A DNA stretch of 64,000 nt. It comes from the human T2T-CHM13v2.0 reference genome, Homo sapiens. The position numbers and the translations under genes were made by a program. Numbering within the stretch: the stretch's first letter is position 1; each line of letters opens with the position of its first letter. Below, piece after piece: positions 55,431-64,000 of this stretch. The DNA is taken from the NCBI RefSeq assembly GCF_009914755.1, contig NC_060937.1. One strand, written 5' to 3'. The notes under the pieces are model-generated. The model was not told the DNA's origin. It saw only the letters and a list, made by a program, of their open reading frames with translations, and did not search any database.

Positions 55431-55821
55431 CTGCAGGAAGAAGTGTGTAGTCATAAATACCTCACTGGATATTTTATACAGGATTCTAAAAAACCTATTA
55501 GCAATAGTATGCTAGAAATAGTCATTAGCTTCTTGACCTTCTTAGAACTGCACACTCTATTGCACTGTACAGATTTCAGGATGGCTGCAGGGATTGATTT
55601 GAAAACTAAGGACACATTTCAATAAACAATGTCTTCAATTGATTTTTAGGGCTCCTCCTACTTCAATGAAGGACTTCAGGTAGCTTATAATTACAGACAC
55701 AGGCTCAATACAATAAAAAAATTAGTAAGGCAGAGCTTTAAAAAAAAAAAAGGAAAAAGATAATTCTACCAGAGAAAGGCTACATGGTGACTTCTGTTAC
55801 CAGTAACAACCCCCGCACTAC

Positions 55822-55905
55822 CTTTGGGTCTCCAGGAGCAAAACAGCTAATGTAGTTGTTGATCTGCTTGAAGACAAAGCCCCTGTCCATGAAGGTGAAA
55901 CATCT
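55822..55905 (-). CDS. DOCK9: DOCK9 exon [28 protein letters not shown]
   Basis: cctccacag|AGA…AAG|gtagtg; 84 nt; DOCK-C/D-type MDRGFVF motif. Confidence 0.97.
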
Positions 55906-56124
55906 CTGTGGAGGAAAACAAGCAAAAAAGTTATTTCAGGTCCAAACATTTCGGAAATTTGGATTCAAAGCAGCATTTATTGCTAATAAGTTTATCCACT
56001 GACATAAAAAACATGCCATCAACATTGCCAGAGCACCTACTCTATTCTAGTCACCCTGCTAGACAGCTGGTAAAAAGCACATCTTTGTCCCATAACTGAT
56101 ATCCTCTTCCCTGGAGGTCCCCAC

Positions 56125-56271
56125 CTTGATGAAGACAGCAAGGCTATGATTCGCGTTCTTAGATGCCTCTGGATTATCTCGAAACTTCTGAGTGATGTGT
56201 GGCATCAGCATATTTACAACGGTTTCCACTGCATGATGATAGGATGCAGGAAATCTCTGGTTTCGCAGCAA
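56125..56271 (-). CDS. DOCK9: DOCK9 exon LLRNQRFPASYHHAVETVVNMLMPHITQKFRDNPEASKNANHSLAVFIK
   Basis: tctttttag|TTG…AAG|gtgggg; 147 nt. Confidence 0.97.
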
Positions 56272-56375
56272 CTAAAAAGAATTCAGAGCAAACATTTATT
56301 ATTTATTAAGTTGCAATCATTTGGGAGGAAAAAATATCTCATCCCTGAGTCCATCTTAAAAAACCCAGAGTTTCT

Positions 56376-56653
56376 AGCTGGGTGCTGTGGCTCACACTTG
56401 TAACCCCAGCACTTTGGGAAGCCAAGTTGGGAGGATCACTTGAGCCCAGGGGTTTAAGACCAGCCCAGGCAACATAGCAAGATTCCATCTGTACAATAAT
56501 TAGGTGGGTGTGGTGGTATGCACCTGTAGTCCCAGTTACTCAGGAGGCTGAGGTGGTAGGATTGCTGGAGCCCAGCAGTCTGAGGCTGCAGTGAGCCAAG
56601 ATCAGCCACTGTACTCCAGCCAGGGTGACAAAGCAAGGCCCAGTCTCAAAAAA
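56376..56653 (+). mobile_element. Alu (AluJ-like)
   Basis: gggaggatcacttgagcccagg…ggattgctggagcccag J-type features. Confidence 0.92.
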
Positions 56654-56784
56654 CCCCATAAAACCTCAGAGTCCTAGTCTTGTTTATCTGAAATTGGAAA
56701 AAATGAATTAACCCTCCTTCTTTCAAAGTACTGTGAAAGTGTTCAAATACTTCAAATAAGTGCTGTGGATTAAAACTGGAACCT

Positions 56785-56978
56785 CAAACTTCAGCGTAAT
56801 AAAGATCACCTAAAAAGTGTTTGTAAAAAGGTGGAGCTTCTGCATCCATTCCCAAAGATTCTGATTCAGGAGCCTGGCAGCGGGTGCAGGGAGAAGGGGC
56901 AAGAACCTGCATTTTTACTGAGCATCTTTGATGATTCTGATGCCTGTACCTCTCAGAGATCTCTTTAGAAAGCACTGG
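56785..56978. mobile_element. MER5A-like relic
   Basis: gattctgattcagg…aagaacctgcatttttact…tgatgattctgatgc…tttagaaagcactgg. Confidence 0.7.
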
Positions 56979-57554
56979 CTTACATTTAAGCGCCAAATAT
57001 TCAAACTGAAAATACGGATTTTGATGACCGTGCATGATTAGTTAAAACTGCTTGGCAGCAGTCTTCTCACAATCAACTTTACACAGTAATCTTTCCCCAA
57101 CAGGAACCTACAAAATTACACTCAGATTACTTAGCAATTAGCTAACACTTATGTATATCTTCTACATGTCAGACACTGCACTACATATTTGTATGTACTT
57201 TTTCATTCAATTCTTGTAATACCCCTATAAGTTTAATCCTCATTTGTTAAAGGGTCAGAGAGGTTAGGTACATGTGTCCTCAGTCACACAACTAACAACA
57301 ACGATTCAGACCCAGGTCTACCACAGAATCCAAAACTTGGGCATTTTCTGTTACATGAAGCTGCACTTCCCCTGTGTCTATAAACAGAATAATTTACTGA
57401 GAGCCTGAAGTAGGAAGGATGCTCCATTACATTGATCCATTCATGCATTTAATTCTAACAGCCACAAGAGGGGGGTATTTTCATCCCCATTTTACAGACA
57501 GGAAAACTGAGGCTTAGAGAGCTCACTAAAAAGTACTAACTGACCTTTAATAAA

Positions 57555-57990
57555 ACTGTCCTTGTCTTCCTCCTTTTAGTAACTGAAGAGTAATGGTTTT
57601 ACAGGGACACATGGCTGCCCAGCCAGACTATATTTTCCAGTCTAACTTACCACTAGGTATGAGCCACATGACCAAATTATGGAAGGGATGCGTGCCTTGT
57701 TTAGGCCATGCTCCTAAAAGGAGCCGCTGGCCTCCCTTGTTCCTTCCTGTGCCACTGCCTGGACTGTGCTGTGGCAGTGAGCCAGCTTCTCAGCCACGTG
57801 GATGAGGTGAACATCGCAGGCTGGATAACTGGATTGGAGGAGCTTGAGTCACTGAATGATCTTGGGGAACTAGCTGCCCTGTTCTCCAAACTGCCTACCA
57901 ACTCATGATTGTCCAAGAGAGAAATGAACCTTCTGTCGAATTTAAACCACTATTATTATGGCCTGTTTTTGAGCAGCCAAACCAATGTCC
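57555..57990. mobile_element. Old ERVL LTR (LTR16-like)
   Basis: cacatggctgcccagccagactatattttccag…gagccacatgaccaaatt motif; similar to the copy at about 61290-61740. Confidence 0.5.
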
Positions 57991-58419
57991 CAATATCAAA
58001 CAAATAGTATTTTCTAAAACTGGGAACTGCAACCTAGACATTTCTGACATGACAGCAGGCATTATATTATGCATTAAATGCCAGAACCTATTAGGAATAT
58101 TTGAAATACCAGCTTTATAACAATTTCAATTCTCAAACCAATAACGAGGAAATGTTTATAACCTTACATAGAGTCAAGAATCCAATGAGGAAAGGATCAG
58201 TAACAAAAATGTGAAGCTCACCAACTTTAAAAAACAGAATGGCAAAATGTGAAATTCCAAAGGGATTTTGTTGCATATGTGCCACCAATAACTCTATATC
58301 CTGAGATGACAGCATCAATAGATGACCAATTTCCAAGACCGCAGGCAAGGCCAACTCTAACCCCCGGCATGACTGCTAACTACCCAAGCTGGCCACTCCT
58401 GAAAAAGAGGTATCCCAAG

Positions 58420-59240
58420 AAATGCTTGTGGCCTTCACAATGGGGCTGAGTCAATGGCTGCTAAAACCAGGAAAAGTAGATGGAGAACTCTATCATGGAC
58501 AGGTTGAGTGGGCACCATGTAAACCTATTAATCAACATTATTATAACTAAAAGTAGAACAGCTGGGTATATATGCCTCCTGATGTGATGCAATAGTAACA
58601 GCTATGAGGTATCCTTGCCAGAAAAAAAATCAAACCTGAATCAAATTAAGTCTCTAGATCCAACCACAAGTTCACAGGGAACACGGGGCAGAGAACCACG
58701 TATGTAACACGGTGAGGCTACCATCAGCCAAATCTAAACTGTGGGGAATTCTGCTGGACAAATGACCCACTTTCTTCAACAAATATGTTGCCAAAAAAAA
58801 AAAAAAGTCCAAACAGATGAAAAGAGAACAGTTTAAGAATCAAAGAAACCTCAGAAACACAGCAACTAAATGCAAGGTGTGAACTTTGTTTAGATCCGGA
58901 AGCAGACAAACCCAACTATAGGATGACATTTTTGAGACACCTGGGGAAAACTGAATATAGGCTGGGTGTTAGATGATAATAAAGACGTTTTGCTAATTTT
59001 GTGTGGTGTGATGTTGGTAGTTATATCCTTTTTAAAGGCTTATCTGTTAGAGATGACATGCTAAAAGTGTCTAAGATGGAGTGAGAAAATAGCTGGGAAC
59101 GGCTTAAAATACTACAAGGTAAAAATGTGAGGGTGGGTATGTATCAAGCAAGGGCAGTAGAACATTGACAAGTGGGGAGGCTAATCCCTCTACTTCTGCA
59201 CTTATTAGAAAATATAGTAAAATGTTTGTATTAAAAAGAA
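58420..59240 (+). mobile_element. Old L1 (L1ME/MC-like) 3' UTR fragment
   Basis: cctcctgatgtgatgcaatag…aacctgaatcaaattaagtctctagatc…aaatgcaaggtgtgaactttgtttagatcc. Confidence 0.65.
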
Positions 59241-60282
59241 AGAATACATGGAGAAGAATGATGGATAATTTACATACCAACCCATCATTAGTGCTGTTCA
59301 GTGACTAGGCAATGACAACTCATGCCTGTGAAGGCTGAAATGAAGTTCTCCCTGCAGTGGCAAATAGCTGTTGTTAAGAGTCCTAATTGTCAATAAAACA
59401 AACTAAAGTCTTTTTACGAGGTATCATACACATTTCAAGGTAATGAAGACCTAAGCAATAGAATGTTTTTATGGAGATTACTATAAACTGAAACAGAAGA
59501 GGAAAATCTAAGATGATGCTCAGGTAGTGAGTACCTGATAGAGGCTTGGAGAAGAGGACGCTGAGACACTAAGGGACTTCTCAGCCAAACCAACCTCAAC
59601 TCCCTGCCACGTCCTGCTGGAGGATCTCTTGCCGTGTGCTGCGCTGCACTGCAGCATCCCTTTCTGTCCTGGCACCACCTGACAGGTGCTGCCTGTGTGG
59701 GGTCAGCCAGCCCAGCACCTGTCCTCACAAGATCAGCCTCTCTAGCCACATGCGGGATGCCATGCCCCCATCCTCTGCGAGCCACACTTATGTGCTGCCC
59801 GCTGGCTGCTCAGCGCCTACCAACTGACTCATCGAATGAACGGGATCTCCCTGAAGACCCACACTCAGCCTGGCTGTGGAGGCCCCTGTGGACGCTGCGG
59901 TTAACAGCCAGGTCTTCGTAGAGACCCAGGATGGGCTACTCCCCGCCCTACAGGTCATCTGCTCTCCCACAGCTGTGCTGCCCAATCATTGCTTCATGGG
60001 TGAGGACTTCGGAATGGTCTTCAAATGTTCACTTCTTTGTTCTGCACTGTGTTCTTCCACTCTCTGGTGTGGTTTAGAGGCCTCTTCTCTATGGGCTATT
60101 TTACTGCTTTCCGACGTAAATAAGACTTTTAATTAAGAAACTTTCTCTTTGTGGCTTAGCAAACAACAAAAGTAATGGGGCTGAGAAGAAATTTACCAAT
60201 GACATTTCCCTGCATTCTGGTTACTCCCCTTTATCAAGATCCCTATGTTATTTCCTCTTTCTCCTATTTTCTTCTACAACTT

Positions 60283-60598
60283 GGTTTTGTTTTTGTTTTT
60301 GTTTTTTGTTTTTTTTTGAGACAAGGTCTCACTCTGTCGCCCAGGCTGGAGTGCACTGGCACAATCACAGCTCACTGTAGCCTCATCCTCCAGGGCTCAA
60401 GCAATCGTCTCACCTCAGTCTCCTGAGTAGCTGGGATAACAGGCATGTGTCACCATGCCCAGCTAATTTTGTTCACATTTGCAGAGATGACGTCTCACTA
60501 TGTTGCTCAGGCTGGTCTGGAATTCCTGGGCTCAAGCGATTCTCCTACCTAGGCCTCCAAAGTGCTGGGATTACAGATGTGAACCATTGCGCCCAGCC
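60283..60598 (-). mobile_element. Alu (AluJ-like)
   Basis: Reverse Alu with a (TTTTTG)n tail. Confidence 0.92.
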
Positions 60599-61289
60599 TA
60601 CAAACTCCATTCTTCCTACCTCTTCATCATTTTCATTCCCAAAGATCAGTCTTCTCTCTATAATCTGCATGTTTACCTCACTCTCTGCCCTGCTGACACA
60701 ATGAGAATGGCACCTCACATCTTCAGTTGCAGGGAACATAATTAACTCCTGGCCCCACCACTATGCTGTGGAATCTACAGCTGCATTTGTACCAAGGCCA
60801 CCCGTGCCTCCATGCCTCACATGGCTGCTCCCTGCCAGTGACTGAGGGTGGAAAGGAAGCTGCAGCAGGCTTGTTGCTGGGGGATGTGGGACTCCACTGA
60901 TGACTGAGGAGGAGGCTTGAGGCCTCTCCAATGCCTTGCTCACCTCTCTTACTTAGAATTCCACTGTGGCCCAAGACGCTTCCTTCCTTCTCTCTCTTCT
61001 TAACCTTGGGTCACACATGTGCTGCCCTCTGATGGCTCTCCCACTGTCTCCTGAGCGCCTTCCCATTTTCCCTTGTAGTCATTGCCCCAATAAGTCTCAA
61101 GCATGACTACTCCTATCTGTTGACTCAGATCAACACAGTCCTTTTCCCCAGAGAAAAGCTTAGGCTTATGGTTTCAGCAGATTGGTACTCACAAATCTAT
61201 TTCTTTAGTTCTGTCTGTTCGCTTCCCTGTCCCAGGCTGAACCTTCACCTGCCAACTGGAAATGTGTTTGGCTATGCCTCAGCCCTTTG

Positions 61290-61740
61290 TGAAACAATGG
61301 CTGGTGACTTCCCAGTATCTGTTCTCTCTTCCCTCTCATGGTAATAGAACCTCAACTTTTAACTAGGTTCATGGATACCCAAAGTAAAGACTACATTTAC
61401 CAGCATCCCTTGCAGCTAGGTACCGTCATGGCTAACTCTGGCCAATGCGATAGCAGTGGTAGTGATGTGGCAGTGCAACTTCTGGGTCATATCCTTAAAA
61501 GGAAAGGTGCATCTTCCCCTCCCTACTGGCTCCAGCATGGATGTGGTGGTGAACCCAGTTAGATCAAAAGGAGGAGCAGCACTCCAGGGGGCAAACAAGA
61601 TGGAGGCCTCTCATAACTGTGGAACAGAAGCCTCTTATGAGCTTGGGGTTTCAAGTAAAAAGAAATAAACTTTTACTTTCCTGTTTAACTCACTGTTACT
61701 TCAGGTCTCTGTCATAGCCACTGAACCCACAGCCCTAAGC
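61290..61740. mobile_element. Old ERVL LTR (LTR16-like)
   Basis: gactacatttaccagcatcccttgcagctaggtaccgtcatggctaactctggccaatg motif. Confidence 0.55.
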
Positions 61741-61904
61741 ATATGACATCCCAAGGCTAACCTTGCACCTTCCCTGGTAAACCAAGCCCTCTACTCTACT
61801 GCCTCTCTCAAAAGCTCCTTCTTCTATGATCTCACGCTCAATATCTAGGTGGCCTTTCTTCCCCCACTCAAGTCTGACCTTACTGTGCTCTGTTTTGTTT
61901 CAGT

Positions 61905-62420
61905 CAGGTTTATTGAGGCATAATTTACATACCATAAAATTCAGACTTTAAAAGTCTACAGTTTGGTGAGTCTTGACAAGTGAATATAACTGTAACCATC
62001 ACCACAGTCAAGAAGAGAAAGTACATCTGTTGTCCCCATCCCCACCTCCAGTCCTGGGCAACCACGGGGCTGCTCTGCGCTCTGTAGTTTTTCTTTTTCT
62101 ATAATGTCATATACAGGATATGGACCCAAATGGTATGTAGTCTTTTGTGTCTAACTTCTTTCAGTTCATAGAATGCTTTTGAGATCCAACCATGCTGTTG
62201 CATGACTCACTACTTTGTTCCATTTTATTACTAAGTAGCATTCTATTGTGTGGAGTTACCACAATTTGTGTATCCATTTACCAGCTGATGGTCATTTGGG
62301 TTGTTTCTAGTTTTTGATTATTATGAATAAAGCTACTGTGCACATTTGCATTTAGGTCTTTACATGGATACATCTTTCATTTCTCTTCAGCAGATATCTA
62401 GACGTGGAACTGCAGGGTTG
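61905..62420 (-). mobile_element. Old L1 (L1MB/ME-like) 3' end
   Basis: tttattgaggcataatttacataccataaaattc…gttgtttctagtttttgattattatgaataaagctact. Confidence 0.8.
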
Positions 62421-64000
62421 AATGAATGGTTCTGTCTGAATAATCTCCCTTACTCATTCATAATGCTCTCCATCCTCATCCTCAATCCCACCTTATCCTC
62501 CCAATGCCAGATCTTCATCAGCATCACCATAAAATGTCATTTCATATTATTGCAGTTAGAGAGCTAAACAAATAAATAAATCAAAATTTAAAATGTCTGG
62601 TGAATCTGTTCCACAGGCTATTTATACTTCAGGGGATAAGCAGACTTATTGATATAAAAGTTTCCAAGCCACTCTGCTAATCTTTATACTCTCTGTCATC
62701 TCGCCACTCCTACTAAAGAACCTACTGTACCTCTCTAGGTCTCTACCAGTTCATCTGCTGCTTGGCTTCACAGCTCCCCATAATCTCATCTTTGTTTCTG
62801 AGCTAATCTTGTTTTTCACTCTTTCCCCTCTAATCTCAATCTATCCAGCCTGAACTCTGCCCCAGCGGCCTTACCTGGGCCTGAGCTATTTCCTCTGCCT
62901 GGTACTCATTCTCCTATCCCTAGATTGTGGTATCCTGCAAGGCCCAGGTAAAGTTCCAACTGTATCCCCACATAAATCTATGATTCTTGAAGCTCACATA
63001 TGCACCTTCCTGCACACTGCTCTAAATGTTCCAAGCTGAACGTTTTCTTTCTCCAGTGACTAGGTGAGCTTCAAGGTTAAGGGTTCACTCTCAACTCCAT
63101 TTGCATTTTTCCTCAATGCTTTGCACATTACAAACAACTGTTCAAAACACTTGAGGGTGAATGCATACTAGCATACTGGTAGAATGCATACTAGCATTCT
63201 ACCTATCACATATGTATAGTGTTTACAAATTTGGTTAAGGGGAAGTCCAAACAGTCCATTCAGACTATGAGCCACACCCTCCTTCTTTCACTTTCAAAAA
63301 CAGTTCTTTTCTTTTTCAATTTAGCTAGAAAATGGTTGGAGGTTAAACAAGCAATGTCTAAGGGCATATATTCATCCTACCCTATGCTAGGTTTTCCAAC
63401 CTCCTTTCTTCCAGTATACCTGTGGAATGCCAGCAATGTGCTTCACTCCATGTGGGAGGAAAGGAAATGCAAAAGCAGTCTGCTGAAATTACAGCTGCTA
63501 AATATACATGGTGGAAAAGAAACACCAACAAACTGTTGACCATAGGGGCAGAGAGTGAGGAGAGGACTCCTCCACAGACCTTGATGATGTCTGCTTTACA
63601 TTTTTCTCAAATATCACTTGTACCCTCCAAGTACATGTCACCTATGAAACTAGAGTCTGGCACAGTCATACACAATCCATCCATACTTTGCAGGTCCATC
63701 CGCTGTAGTAAGGAAATTACTTATTTTAGATGCTAGTTCGAAGGGGTTCTGATTCACACCCTTCCTCAGTAAATGTAACAATGTACAGTTTGGTTGGCTG
63801 GGGACAAGAACATGGCCACTTCCACCTTCAGCAGGAGTGCAGCACTGGAAGTAAGCATAACGCTGTGCCATGTCCCTCCATGTAAATATGCATTGAATGG
63901 ACTCACTCGACTACCACCAAGAATGACATAAATTGTACACTGAAAGCATCAGCTTAATACACAACATGCATGTGTAGCTATCCTTGAGTAGAACACTTTA

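Noticed and set aside
59435-60136. Cluster of overlapping ORFs in a GC-richer segment
   Set aside because: No homology to DOCK9 or any family I recognise. It may be regulatory, but I cannot support that from sequence alone.

Overview
This is primate (very probably human) genomic DNA from the middle-to-3' part of DOCK9 (Zizimin1, a DOCK-D family Cdc42 GEF), transcribed on the minus strand. I traced 20 coding exons between 56271 and 12296 by hand: 17 apparently constitutive and 3 alternative. All have GT-AG boundaries and consistent phases, running from LLRNQRF... into the start of the DHR-2 catalytic domain (...VHFNE). The rest is intronic: Alu, L1, L2/MIR, MaLR and ERV1 LTRs, DNA-transposon relics and microsatellites. 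I see no prokaryotic system, CRISPR array, rRNA or tRNA. The most notable signals concern RNA processing. They are: a three-way, frame-enforced mutually exclusive exon switch (33224-33955); an intron read-through/intronic polyadenylation route that would give DOCK9 without DHR-2 (about 48100-48416); a 69-nt cassette exon inside DHR-2; a probable spliced antisense lncRNA (about 19980-22530); a young-looking processed 3'UTR retrocopy in sense orientation (31-810); and two unannotated-looking candidate exons. Gene and repeat names come from my recognition of the sequence, not from database searches. Repeat boundaries are approximate unless a TSD is given. Nothing here is demonstrably a new biological system.
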